64,000 nucleotides of DNA, taken from positions 26,362-90,361 of IMG/VR virus record IMGVR_UViG_3300028920_000054. One strand, written 5' to 3'. Made by a program: the position numbers and the translations under genes. Shown piece by piece: positions 26,648 to 37,249 of this stretch. Under the pieces are notes generated by a model, which ran no database searches, was not told the origin of the DNA, and was given only the letters and a program-made list of their open reading frames with translations. This DNA comes from a virus. How positions within the stretch are numbered: the stretch's first letter is position 1; each line of letters starts with the position of its first letter.

Positions 26648-29600
26648 ATGGCAGGCGTAAGATTCAGCATTGATACATCTGGAGTTTCTACCGGGGCAAA
26701 CAAGGCAGTTAAAGAGTTTGAACGGATAGGTGCGGCTGCACTAAAAACTGAAACCCAAATAAAGAAATTAGAGGCATCAATGGGAATCAGTGGGGCTAAG
26801 ATGCAGGGAGCTGCCAAACAGACCGATGCCGCAACAAAGGCTACAAAAAACTATGGGAATGCAGCCAACCTTGCTGCCACTAGTCAAGCAAAACTGGCTA
26901 AAGCCACACAGTCTTCACACGATAAATTAGTAACGTTCGTAAGGTCTGTAGCTTCTACTGCTGCAACGTTAATGATCTTAGATAGAGTTTTAACAAAAGT
27001 TGCAGCGGATATGAAAATAGGAATGGACTTTGAGCAGGAAATGGCACGAGTAAGGGGTGTCATGCGAGCTTCTGTGTCTGAATTTAATGCACTATCAAAA
27101 GCCGCTAGATTGGCAGGAGAATCGACGGTGTGGACTGCATCTGAAGCAGCAAACGCACTAAGATATCTTGCCATGGCTGGATTTTCAGCGAAAGAATCTC
27201 TTTTGTCTCTAAGTGGTGTCTTGAACTTAGCGCTTATCGGAGAACTTGACCTTGGAAGGGCAACTGATATAGCGTCCGACTCTTTGCGTGCTATGAACCT
27301 TGAAGCGGACCAGATGAACAGAGTTGTTGATGTGTTCACCGGAACCATAACAAGGTCTAATACAAACATCGAAATGATGGGCGATGCAATGAAGTTTGCA
27401 GCACCACTTGGTGCTCAATTAGGGTATACAATAGAACAACTTTCGGCAATGATAGGAACGCTATCACAGTCTGGAATCAAGGCTGGAATCGCTGGGCGTG
27501 GCTTGCAGATGGCATTCATAAAAACTTCCGATGCGGCAAAAAAGCTTGGACTGTCTGTGGATGCAAACTTGATAGATGTTATAAAGGCTTTGGCACAGCA
27601 AGAGGTTTCGGCAACAGAAATATCCAAGATGTTTGGAGCACGTGCATTAAAAACAGTTTTAGTGCTTAAGAGCAACATATTCCAATATGAAAGATTTGCC
27701 AATACACTCAAGCACGTTGGTGGGGAAAGCCAAGCATACATCGACCAATTGGATACCATGGAAGTTGCACTTACAAAACTTAATTCCATGATCGCATCCA
27801 TAAAGATAGACATTTATATGCACTATCTTACTTCACTTAAAAATGCCACCAAAGACCTTACAAAGTTTCTAGGCGACAACCGAAAGACAATAGAATTGTC
27901 AATAATAGCAAGCTTTAAACTTGCCAAAATATTGGGCGAAGGTGGTGTGCTTTTTATCGCATACAAACTTTTAACCAAAACCGTTGGGACATCTTCTGTT
28001 GCCTTAAGATGGTGGAATGCTTCTCTTGCTGGAACTATTGCCATATCAAAGTACGCAGTAAAAAGTCTTTTTACGCTAAAGGGAGCGTTTCAGGGACTGT
28101 TTGCTTTCTTGGTCGGATGGGAAATAGGAAAATATCTTCGAGAAAACTTCTTAGAAGCACGGATAGCTGGAGTTGTAGCTGTTGACTTGATAATGAAGGC
28201 ATGGATAAACCTTAAGTATGCAGTGTTGATATCTTGGGAGCTAATAAGCCATACCGTTAAGTCGGTAGCAGATTCGATGGTTGGATTTTTCAACAGTGCG
28301 ATAGAAAAAATAAAATCAGCATTTGGAACAATGCTTGGTTGGATAGCGGATAAGGTTTCTTATGTTACCTTTATGGGAGATGCTGCTAAGTCATTAAAAG
28401 ATGTAGCGGATGGATTAAAGGAAATTTATACCATAGAGGGTCACACAAAAAGCATGATATTCGACGACTCTAGCGCTATGGATAAAAATCAAAAAAGCAT
28501 TAGAGAAACCGTTGATGCAATAAAAAAACTTACAGACGAAAGAAAGGTGGCCCTTTCTGAACATCAGAAAATTATCAATGCTATGGTTGATGAAACGGCA
28601 AAAGTCGATGTGCTTCAAAAGGCTGAAGTTAAACTTATGGCAACAATAGAAGACCACACAAAAGACCTTTGGGCGTTTAGGACAGAGCTTGTAGAAACCA
28701 CAAAAGATTTGCTTAAATACCGTGATGCACTTACCTTAGAACAAAAAGAAAAACTTTACGAAAAATATGCAAAAGAATATCAAGCGCTTTATTATGGAGA
28801 AAAAGAATACAAGTTAATGATGCTTGATGAAGAGGCGGAAGCTGTCAAGGAAATGCTCAGCAAACAAATTACTAGCAAAAAAGCCTTTGCATTGGTTTCT
28901 GCCCAAATAGACGAACTTATATCTAGCAAGAAAAGATTATTAATTATAGCAGACCTAACCCAAGCGGCAAGTTTCTATAAAGACTTAATAGGTTTTGAAG
29001 ACACATATCACGATACAATGATGAAACTTATTGATGAAGAACAAAAAAGGAAAGCCGAACTATATAAAGATGATGTTGCTGCTGCAAAATGGGCAGCACA
29101 GGAAAAAGGAAAACTTGAACAAGACTTATTTGAAAAGAAAACTAAATATATAGCTGAAGGATTCGGAGAACTTGCTTCTGCATTTTCTGATATTGCTGGG
29201 CTTTATGATGATGGCTCTTCCGCAGCAAGGAGATGGCAAGAAGCGTCTAAAGTAATGGAAATGGCACAGAAGGCCGTTGCTGTTGTTAATGCAGTTGCGG
29301 CCATAGCCAATCAGGGATTGGGCGATCCATATACTGCGTTTGCTAGAATTGCGGCAATGACAGCGGCAATGGCTTCTTTACTTTCAACAATTGGCGAATC
29401 GGTAGGTGGCGGCGGTGGGGGTGGTAGTTTGTCAGCATCTTCTCTTACTGCAAGCACCGTTCTTGGTGCTGAAGCTGGTACGGGTAGTGAATCAACCACA
29501 AAATCATGGGAACTTCTTGAAGATACCTACAATATGGAATACAGAGAATTGTCTGGTATTTATAATGAAATGAAGGATTTAAACAAAAATATCAGCGGTC

Positions 29601-32140
29601 TTGTAAGTAGCATATTTAGGACTGGAAGCCTAGATAACTTTCAAGTTTCATCATCTACTATTGGGAGTATGCAAGCTGCATGGGATAAGTTTAATAAGTT
29701 ATCGTATCTTGGATTCGATAAGGTTCTTGATACACTGACCTTTGGGTTTACATCATGGGCAAACAAGATCGTATCTAATTTTGTTGACAGCATCTTTGGT
29801 GGTGGTACAACCAAGAAGGTCACTGGTTCTGGCCTAGCAACTAACGCAGCTACCATAGCATCTCTTCAGGGGGGTGGAGGAATCGGCGCTCAGCAATTTG
29901 TTGATATCAAGAAAACAACTGAAGGTGGGTGGTTCAGTTCCGACAAGACAGAAAGATATACAAGATATTATGAGCTTGACGAAGATGTTTCTCGCCTTTT
30001 AGACCAAGTCTTCCAAAACATTGGTTCTACTCTTATAGAATTAACCACTTCGCTCGGTGCTGACATGGAAAACACGCTTAACTATGTCTTTGAAGGTGGA
30101 AAGCTTGACCTAAAGGGTTTGGATGCAGAAGGTGTAAATAAAGCATTAACTGAATATTTTTCTGCAATTGGTGATACGGCAGCAGGAGCTTTGTTCGGCG
30201 ACCTGATAAACGTTTACCAACAGGTTGGAGAAGGGTTGTTGGAAACGGCAACTAGACTTGTTGTTGATAAGGCTGTTGTTGTTGATACTTTGGGCATGAT
30301 AGGGCAATCGTTCACCGGAACGATACCAGAAATAATAAGTTTTTCAGAATCCATTATAGGTATAGCTGGAGACCTTGAAACTTTTAGGGAAAGCGCTGAA
30401 ACATATTATGACAAGTTCTTCACTGATTCCGAAAAACAACTTCGTATTCAAGATCAATTGACTGCAACCTTCACCGATTTGGATATGGTTTTACCCACCA
30501 CAAGAGATGGCTTCAGGGCTCTCGTAGAAGGTCTTGATTTAACCACAGAAAGTGGAAAAGAGGCTCTAGTTGTTTTGCTTTCAGCATCGGAAGCGGCTGA
30601 TACTTATTATTCAACCATTGAAGATATTACATCTGCAATGTTGTCTTCTACGGAAGATATTATTAGTGCGCATGAATTATCTGATTATGACTTGTTAATT
30701 AAAAACGCCACTGATTGGAGAGACACACAATTGGACGCATGGGCTTCTATTGAAGGCTCTGTGGATGTTGACACCTATGTCGCTGGTATTGATAGAATTG
30801 ATACTGCATTTGGTTATATGCTTGATGACATTGAGCAAGACGTGATTACTACTGCTGCCAACCTGTCAAATTCGCTTGCATCTTCTATAGGTTCACTTAA
30901 ATACGGACAGAGCTATGGATATGCCGAAACGCTTGCAGCAAACCTAGACAACATAGCTTCCATGACAGGTCTTCCGGTTGAATATCAGCAATACCTTGTT
31001 GAACAGGCTACAGAATACTACAATATGCAAATGGCGGCACTTGCAGCATCACAGTCGGCAGCAAGCGCATCCCAAAGCACCGCAAACTATGCCAAGGATG
31101 CAGCCAAAACACAACTGGAAGCACTTAAAGAACTTGAAAAGACCATAGAAACGTGGAAGGATACATATGACGATATTGCCGCACAGGTCTTGGGTTATAA
31201 AACAACTACCGCAAATCCTCAGGATGCAATAGAACGATTAGGAATAGCAAAGGGCGCAATCACAGACCTTCTTGGCGGAATGACTGCTGCGGAATACGTT
31301 GCTTCGTTCGGGTCAGTTGAAGACCAAGCACAAGCTGCAAAAACACTTCAGGAACTTTATGACAACTATCTGTCATTGGCACAGGAAGCATACCAACGCC
31401 CATCCACAGAATATCAACAGATTTACGCTGAAGTCATAGGCGAATTAACAAGCATAATTGGCTACATGGAAGAATACGCAACCCTTGAGTGGGAAGTGGC
31501 TATCGACCAGCTTGACGCACTCAGGGAAATACGTGACGCAATCGAAGCCCTAGAACTCATAGTTAATGTTGATGGTGGAACCGGAGGAGGGGGCGGTGGT
31601 GGCGGTGGTGGTGGCGGTAGCGCCGAAATCGAAATGCCTGAATGGTTAATTGGGCAATGGGAAACAATCACGACAGCTTACCAAAACGCATTAAGAGCCG
31701 GTGAAGTTGGAAAGGTTTATGATGTTTCTGCACAGTGGGGGCCTGGCGCAACCGAAACCTTCTATCCCGGTAATATTATGAACCTCATAGCCCAAGGTGA
31801 ATCAATGTGGTTCACTCCACAGGATAGTATTTGGGACATATTCAAAAAGTACCCAATAATAGCAGAGGGGTGGGAAAAGCAGTTTGGTGGTTATAAGTTA
31901 GGCACTAATTATGTACCTGAAACAGGACTCGCTTACGTACATGAAGGTGAACAAATCATTCCTGCCGGATATGATTACCCTGAACTTGCTGTTGGTGGGG
32001 TAGAGGTAAACTTCAACATTACTATAAACGGAAACGATAAACCAAAGGAAGTCGCAAAAGAAGTCAGGGTTGAAGTCGAAAACTTCATGCGTTCTTCTTT
32101 GGGAAGAAAACTAACACAGCAAACGGCTAGGGGTCGCTAA
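26648..32140 (+). CDS. tape measure protein (TP901-family core)
   Basis: FE..M..V, A.EAA.A...LAMAG, VL.LA, NT.I..MG.AM...AP, GI.A..AG; about 1830 aa. Confidence 0.93.
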   Translation: MAGVRFSIDTSGVSTGANKAVKEFERIGAAALKTETQIKKLEASMGISGAKMQGAAKQTDAATKATKNYGNAANLAATSQAKLAKATQSSHDKLVTFVRSVASTAATLMILDRVLTKVAADMKIGMDFEQEMARVRGVMRASVSEFNALSKAARLAGESTVWTASEAANALRYLAMAGFSAKESLLSLSGVLNLALIGELDLGRATDIASDSLRAMNLEADQMNRVVDVFTGTITRSNTNIEMMGDAMKFAAPLGAQLGYTIEQLSAMIGTLSQSGIKAGIAGRGLQMAFIKTSDAAKKLGLSVDANLIDVIKALAQQEVSATEISKMFGARALKTVLVLKSNIFQYERFANTLKHVGGESQAYIDQLDTMEVALTKLNSMIASIKIDIYMHYLTSLKNATKDLTKFLGDNRKTIELSIIASFKLAKILGEGGVLFIAYKLLTKTVGTSSVALRWWNASLAGTIAISKYAVKSLFTLKGAFQGLFAFLVGWEIGKYLRENFLEARIAGVVAVDLIMKAWINLKYAVLISWELISHTVKSVADSMVGFFNSAIEKIKSAFGTMLGWIADKVSYVTFMGDAAKSLKDVADGLKEIYTIEGHTKSMIFDDSSAMDKNQKSIRETVDAIKKLTDERKVALSEHQKIINAMVDETAKVDVLQKAEVKLMATIEDHTKDLWAFRTELVETTKDLLKYRDALTLEQKEKLYEKYAKEYQALYYGEKEYKLMMLDEEAEAVKEMLSKQITSKKAFALVSAQIDELISSKKRLLIIADLTQAASFYKDLIGFEDTYHDTMMKLIDEEQKRKAELYKDDVAAAKWAAQEKGKLEQDLFEKKTKYIAEGFGELASAFSDIAGLYDDGSSAARRWQEASKVMEMAQKAVAVVNAVAAIANQGLGDPYTAFARIAAMTAAMASLLSTIGESVGGGGGGGSLSASSLTASTVLGAEAGTGSESTTKSWELLEDTYNMEYRELSGIYNEMKDLNKNISGLVSSIFRTGSLDNFQVSSSTIGSMQAAWDKFNKLSYLGFDKVLDTLTFGFTSWANKIVSNFVDSIFGGGTTKKVTGSGLATNAATIASLQGGGGIGAQQFVDIKKTTEGGWFSSDKTERYTRYYELDEDVSRLLDQVFQNIGSTLIELTTSLGADMENTLNYVFEGGKLDLKGLDAEGVNKALTEYFSAIGDTAAGALFGDLINVYQQVGEGLLETATRLVVDKAVVVDTLGMIGQSFTGTIPEIISFSESIIGIAGDLETFRESAETYYDKFFTDSEKQLRIQDQLTATFTDLDMVLPTTRDGFRALVEGLDLTTESGKEALVVLLSASEAADTYYSTIEDITSAMLSSTEDIISAHELSDYDLLIKNATDWRDTQLDAWASIEGSVDVDTYVAGIDRIDTAFGYMLDDIEQDVITTAANLSNSLASSIGSLKYGQSYGYAETLAANLDNIASMTGLPVEYQQYLVEQATEYYNMQMAALAASQSAASASQSTANYAKDAAKTQLEALKELEKTIETWKDTYDDIAAQVLGYKTTTANPQDAIERLGIAKGAITDLLGGMTAAEYVASFGSVEDQAQAAKTLQELYDNYLSLAQEAYQRPSTEYQQIYAEVIGELTSIIGYMEEYATLEWEVAIDQLDALREIRDAIEALELIVNVDGGTGGGGGGGGGGGGSAEIEMPEWLIGQWETITTAYQNALRAGEVGKVYDVSAQWGPGATETFYPGNIMNLIAQGESMWFTPQDSIWDIFKKYPIIAEGWEKQFGGYKLGTNYVPETGLAYVHEGEQIIPAGYDYPELAVGGVEVNFNITINGNDKPKEVAKEVRVEVENFMRSSLGRKLTQQTARGR

Positions 32141-32946
32141 TGGCAATATTTACTTCAGGAGATATAATAACAGCATCTGCGGCAAGCATTACTGTACAAT
32201 CAACCGCAACTGGTTTTGCCGCTGTTAATGTGATGAACCACGCAAACCTTAAACGAAGGTGGCGTATGGATTCTGCAAGCATGTCTTCTATAAACCCTGT
32301 AATGTATATTGATATGGGTGTCGCAAAAACGGCTACCGCTGTTATATTAGACGATGTAAACTTTGATACGTGTTCTATATTAGGACACGCTTCAAGCCTT
32401 TCAACAGATTGGTCTGGTGCAACGTTTGCGACAACTGGAATAACAATAAGTAAAGATGCTCAGGTGAACAGATATAAGGCATATATTCCCTTAGTGTCTT
32501 TTAATTATAGATTCTTGGCTATATGCGTTCCAGAAACGGCTACTGCGGTTGGCGACTATACAACAAAGTGGGAAATCGGAAGGGTTGGGATACTTGATTC
32601 AGGAAATGAAATGTCAACGAACATGAGTGAAGGATATGAACGTGGTGCTGAACGAGCATACGAAGACCTTGAACTGAAGTCTGGACACGTTGAAAGGACA
32701 GAACGTGGGCCGATAAGGTGGGTGGGAACACTTATGTTTGGCAAGAGAAGCCTTACTTCTGAATCAGACCTTACGACACTTAACAATACAAATATATCAG
32801 ATACCATAATTTTTTACGAAAACAACTGCATTACAACTGACACATCAAAGGTGTATTTCTGTTTAAGGGACGACAACTATAAAGGAACATACACAATTCA
32901 CGATATTATAACCGGAAGCTCGATAAGACTTAGAGAAAGAATATGA
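32140..32946 (+). CDS. distal tail protein candidate
   Basis: Immediately after the TMP with stop/start coupling. Confidence 0.55.
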   Translation: MAIFTSGDIITASAASITVQSTATGFAAVNVMNHANLKRRWRMDSASMSSINPVMYIDMGVAKTATAVILDDVNFDTCSILGHASSLSTDWSGATFATTGITISKDAQVNRYKAYIPLVSFNYRFLAICVPETATAVGDYTTKWEIGRVGILDSGNEMSTNMSEGYERGAERAYEDLELKSGHVERTERGPIRWVGTLMFGKRSLTSESDLTTLNNTNISDTIIFYENNCITTDTSKVYFCLRDDNYKGTYTIHDIITGSSIRLRERI

Positions 32947-35234
32947 ATCTTTTCTGCGAAATACACAGAAGTTCCGACGTTATATATGTTGCCCTTGAGG
33001 GTGGAACGTTTGATGGCGTTGACTATCGTGGTGATATAATAGAAGACATTGAAGTTTCTAAGTCCATACCTGATGTTTTTTATGGTGTTGAACGAACCGA
33101 ATCAATAACAATCAGACTAGCTAATGTCGATAATGGTGTTGACCCAACGTGGGATGAAATTGCAGCAGAGGAAGACCTTAGAACCTGTTGGGTTGTTTTA
33201 AAAAGAGATTCAAAGCACATTGCTACTGGTAATATAACAAATTACACGCTTGGCATTGAAGCGTCAATAACCATTGAACCACGTGATGATGAAATATTTG
33301 AAACGCTTTTTCCAAAAGGAATTGTTACAACAGACGTTTTTACCGATACAGCGATAAATATAGGAGAAGCAATACCTATAAACTTCGGATACTGTCGCAA
33401 TGTTCCATGCCCGAATATTCAAAACAATACTGCTGACGATCACTATGACTATCTAGTTGGATATGGCGTTGTCGAAGGACTGTGGATAGATCACACAAAC
33501 GGAATGGGTGTAAAATGGGAAGATGGGTCGCTTGCATCTTCAACGCTGTACACTTTTTATGATGGTTCACAAGCATCCCCATTCGCAGGATATGCCTTTA
33601 TTCGATTTACAGGAGAACAGCGTGGTTTTTCTAATGAATTTTTAACCATTTATGCCGATGTAAAAGGACTTGAACTTGGCGGTTCTATAGCCAATAGAAA
33701 TTTTTCAGATATAATAAAGGCAATTGCAAGCAACTCAACTTGGGGACTTGAAGAATCGGTAAACCTGTCTTCTTTTGCAACGGCAGCATCTTCGCTTTCT
33801 ACCGACGCATGGATGTGTGACGTTTCGCTTCATAGACAAACAAAGGTTAGGGATTCAATTGATGACATTCTATTTGCCTGCCATTCATGGTTGTCAAAAA
33901 ACGATTCAGATGAATGGGAGCTTACAGTAGATGGAATAGGTTCATCCGTAGCTTCGTTTGGGGAAAATGACGGATATTACAACAACTGTGATGTTCTTTC
34001 GTATGGCGTAACACCCTCTAACTCAACAATAAAAACAGCATATCTGAATTACGATAATGGAGAAAAGCAGATATCAATAGCAGTGAACTCTACGTTCGGC
34101 GTTGACAAGACCTTTGAAACTGAATGTATCAGTGAAGACGTAACTGCAAAAAAATTACTTTCCTATATATATGGAAGGTCGATTTATGCTGATAAGAAAA
34201 TATCAATATTATGTGGAACAGATGCAACTGACGTAGATTGTGGAAACGTAATTGGTTTAAGTATATTAGATCGTTCGATTACAGACACAACTTACCGTGT
34301 TATTGGAACAACAAAAAAAACCATTCAAACAACACTTAACTGTGAAGCATACGATTCAAGAATTTTCGACAGCCAAACGATAGCAACGCCAACAGCACAA
34401 AGTTCATCAGCCTATGTCGGACTACACGAATTTACTGGAACTGGTTCATTAACTACAAACATTTCAATCACTAACCTGACTGGGAACGGAATAAAAACAT
34501 CGCTACAAGTTGGGGAAGGCTTCGTTTTTGGTGAGGTTGGATATGTAAAATCGGACGGCAAGATATGGAAAGCTTCTGGAATAGACGATGCAAAAATGCC
34601 CGGACGATATATGTCGTTAGCCACCATTGGAGCAGACGATAGTGGGCTGTTCCTCTGGAGGGGGTTTGTAAAAAACAACGCTTGGTCGTGGACAAAAGGA
34701 AGTATATTAAAGCTTGGAACGGAGGGAGCCATAGCACAGCAATCAACGGGCCAAATTGTCGGAATAGCAATAACCGAAACAGAAATAGACTTTAATCCAC
34801 AGTTTATGTTCATGCCGGATACTGCAAGATATATAGCCGTTCCAGAATTAACAGTATCTATTTCATCGCTTGCTTCTTCAAGTGCATCCGCTGTTTACGC
34901 AACACCAATGTCTGATACTATCGAAGTTTCAGTTCAAGCTTTTGCGTCAGTCGGGACTCCATCGTTAGTGGTTTATAATAAACTTTCACCCGTTACACTT
35001 ACAATAGCATCTCCATGCGTGGCTACATATGCATCTCACGGGTTATCGGAAGAACATGAAATTTTCTTTTCCACGTTAGGGACCCTACCAACTGGAATTG
35101 TAGAAGATACTCATTACTTTGTAAAAGATAAAACAGATAACACATTTAATGTTTCGGCTACCGCTGGCGGTGCGGCAATAAATACATCAGGCAGTCAGGG
35201 TGGAACACATAGCCTGTTCTACAAAGCGCCTTAA
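32943..35234 (+). CDS. tail tip/hub protein
   Basis: G..IP..FG...NVP, RN...II patterns; C-terminal fibre-like domains. Confidence 0.6.
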   Translation: MNLFCEIHRSSDVIYVALEGGTFDGVDYRGDIIEDIEVSKSIPDVFYGVERTESITIRLANVDNGVDPTWDEIAAEEDLRTCWVVLKRDSKHIATGNITNYTLGIEASITIEPRDDEIFETLFPKGIVTTDVFTDTAINIGEAIPINFGYCRNVPCPNIQNNTADDHYDYLVGYGVVEGLWIDHTNGMGVKWEDGSLASSTLYTFYDGSQASPFAGYAFIRFTGEQRGFSNEFLTIYADVKGLELGGSIANRNFSDIIKAIASNSTWGLEESVNLSSFATAASSLSTDAWMCDVSLHRQTKVRDSIDDILFACHSWLSKNDSDEWELTVDGIGSSVASFGENDGYYNNCDVLSYGVTPSNSTIKTAYLNYDNGEKQISIAVNSTFGVDKTFETECISEDVTAKKLLSYIYGRSIYADKKISILCGTDATDVDCGNVIGLSILDRSITDTTYRVIGTTKKTIQTTLNCEAYDSRIFDSQTIATPTAQSSSAYVGLHEFTGTGSLTTNISITNLTGNGIKTSLQVGEGFVFGEVGYVKSDGKIWKASGIDDAKMPGRYMSLATIGADDSGLFLWRGFVKNNAWSWTKGSILKLGTEGAIAQQSTGQIVGIAITETEIDFNPQFMFMPDTARYIAVPELTVSISSLASSSASAVYATPMSDTIEVSVQAFASVGTPSLVVYNKLSPVTLTIASPCVATYASHGLSEEHEIFFSTLGTLPTGIVEDTHYFVKDKTDNTFNVSATAGGAAINTSGSQGGTHSLFYKAP

Positions 35235-35243
35235 GGAGAAACC

Positions 35244-35939
35244 ATGTTAGATTTAAAAGAAGAACAAAAATTTAAAAATCTTAAAGATATGTGTCTAGAA
35301 CTTAGAGTGCCACCGCCACCAGATGTGTTTATCCGTATGCAGGTACATGATAAAAACGGGGCGCTGGTTTCGGACAACAAGGAAAGGGCGCACTCTTTTA
35401 CACGAAACTTCTGGAACATGATGTTTGGAATGGCAGGGGACTCTGGGGGGGATGGGGGCTCTACTTTTGGTGCAGGGTATATGTCAAAGAAAACCACAGG
35501 TGGAGTCGTTTTTGGTTCTGCTAGTGGGTATGTGGAACGAAATGACGGCCTTTATGCTAGCTTAGGAGACTCTAGTACTGGAATTGTAATAGGAACTGAC
35601 GATACAGCCTTTAACATAGATCAATACGCTTTGGGGGCACAAATTGTCAACGGGGTTTCCACTGGCCAAATGAGCCACCTAGCGAGCACTTCTATGGGTA
35701 TTCCAAGTTATGCAGCAACTACATGGAAAAGTACCCTCGAAAGAGTTTTTAATAACAATTCAGGAGGGGCAATAGTAGTCAAAGAAACCGGGCTATATTG
35801 GGATGGAACCATGTGGGGGAGTGGAAGTCCACAGATGATTGAGCGAAATGTGCTCGTTGCCACTTCTACCGTTGCTGATGCGGCACAATTAACCGTGACA
35901 TATGAAATAAGCATGGACTTTTCTGTTCCTGACGCATAA
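35244..35939 (+). CDS. tail-associated protein
   Basis: GIVIGT..TA....Y.L, R.F.N.SG.AI.V.ETGL, L.VTY motifs. Confidence 0.55.
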   Translation: MLDLKEEQKFKNLKDMCLELRVPPPPDVFIRMQVHDKNGALVSDNKERAHSFTRNFWNMMFGMAGDSGGDGGSTFGAGYMSKKTTGGVVFGSASGYVERNDGLYASLGDSSTGIVIGTDDTAFNIDQYALGAQIVNGVSTGQMSHLASTSMGIPSYAATTWKSTLERVFNNNSGGAIVVKETGLYWDGTMWGSGSPQMIERNVLVATSTVADAAQLTVTYEISMDFSVPDA

Positions 35940-35944
35940 AAGAC

Positions 35945-35973
35945 TTGACATTTCCAATAAAACATGATAGGCT
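35945..35973 (+). promoter_or_regulatory. sigma-70-type promoter
   Basis: TTGACA-17-TAGGCT followed by the TAAATCAAAAAGG leader shared with early promoters. Confidence 0.65.
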
Positions 35974-35992
35974 AAATCAAAAAGGAAAAAAT

Positions 35993-37249
35993 ATGAAAAG
36001 GCTTATCACACCAATTTTATTTTTTGTTCTATCCACAGGACTTGTTTTCGCAAACGACTATTCCGTTGAAACCAAAACCACTTCTGCAATCAACCACGTG
36101 ATTCGTGAAGCAAGCAATAATGGTGGTGGTTCAGTGTGGCTATCGGGTGTTTATCAAAGCACAGAAAACATCGTAATGAGAAGCAATGTTACGCTCATTG
36201 GATATAATGCGAAGATAAACTGCGAACGAACTTCAGGTTCAGTAATTCAGGGGTCTAATGTAAAGAACGTTAAGATACTTGGAATTGAAATTGACGGTAA
36301 CATGGAATGGCGTGGCGAATGGGACTGCAATAAGGATTATTACGAAGGTCAGTACGTAAGCTATACCGCAGTAAGCGGAAAGGAAGATATCTATAGGGCA
36401 TTAGCAGACAACCACAACAAGAATCCATCCACAGGTTATTGGCAGAAGGGTTCTTCCATGAATGGAATTTTCATCTACGGCACTTCGGGAAGTTCCTTAA
36501 TGGGTGACGTTCTGATAAGGGATGTAACTATAAAGAATATACCAGCATACGGAATAGTGCTAAGGAATGGAACAAACGTAAGAATAGAAGACAGCGACTT
36601 TTCGTATTGTGGAAGTGCAAGTATTTGTTTTTTCAACGAAGTTCATAATGGAAAGGTAACGGGGAACAATTGTTTTCAGTCATATAAAGGTGGAATAAAG
36701 GGAAATAACGGTTCAGGAAACACAATATCATGCAACACCGTAAAGAACGATGAAATAACCACCTGCATAGCAGACGGAATAACCTACTATCCAAAAGGAA
36801 ATAAGGATAATGTTATTTCTAATAACACAATAAGTTACATTAATGACCACCACGGTATTCATGTTGGCGGTGATGGCGTTGTAGTAAGCGGAAACATTGT
36901 ATCTCATTGCAACCGAAGCCATTGGGCCACCGTAAACAACAAAAAGACCAAACCCTGTGGAATATACTTGGATACAAATAACGATTATACTCCGATAGAA
37001 AGTGCCACCATATTTGGCAATGTTATAAACAATGCGTTCTGTGATGGAATTAGACTTAATAACGGTAAAAACATAATTGGCTTTGGCAACGTAGTAACTA
37101 ATTGTGAATATGGACTCAGGCTTTTTGATATACGTGGAGATTCGTGCAGTGATGTGCGGTTTTTCTCAAACGATTTAGGTGGAAATTTACGTGGAAACGT
37201 CATTAATGGTTCAAGTGGAAGAAACGTGGAGATATACGACAATGATTGA
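35993..37249 (+). CDS. secreted pectin-lyase-like parallel beta-helix protein with CBM5/12-like insert
   Basis: Signal peptide MKRLITPILFFVLSTGLVFA; IDGN and repeated GI/GN.I beta-helix rungs; W.GEW...Y..G..V.Y....Y.A......P....W insert. Confidence 0.75.
   Translation: MKRLITPILFFVLSTGLVFANDYSVETKTTSAINHVIREASNNGGGSVWLSGVYQSTENIVMRSNVTLIGYNAKINCERTSGSVIQGSNVKNVKILGIEIDGNMEWRGEWDCNKDYYEGQYVSYTAVSGKEDIYRALADNHNKNPSTGYWQKGSSMNGIFIYGTSGSSLMGDVLIRDVTIKNIPAYGIVLRNGTNVRIEDSDFSYCGSASICFFNEVHNGKVTGNNCFQSYKGGIKGNNGSGNTISCNTVKNDEITTCIADGITYYPKGNKDNVISNNTISYINDHHGIHVGGDGVVVSGNIVSHCNRSHWATVNNKKTKPCGIYLDTNNDYTPIESATIFGNVINNAFCDGIRLNNGKNIIGFGNVVTNCEYGLRLFDIRGDSCSDVRFFSNDLGGNLRGNVINGSSGRNVEIYDND

Noticed and set aside
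31573-31620. GGN repeat encoding poly-Gly in the tape measure protein
   Set aside because: In-frame flexible linker with mixed codons; no sign of a separate element
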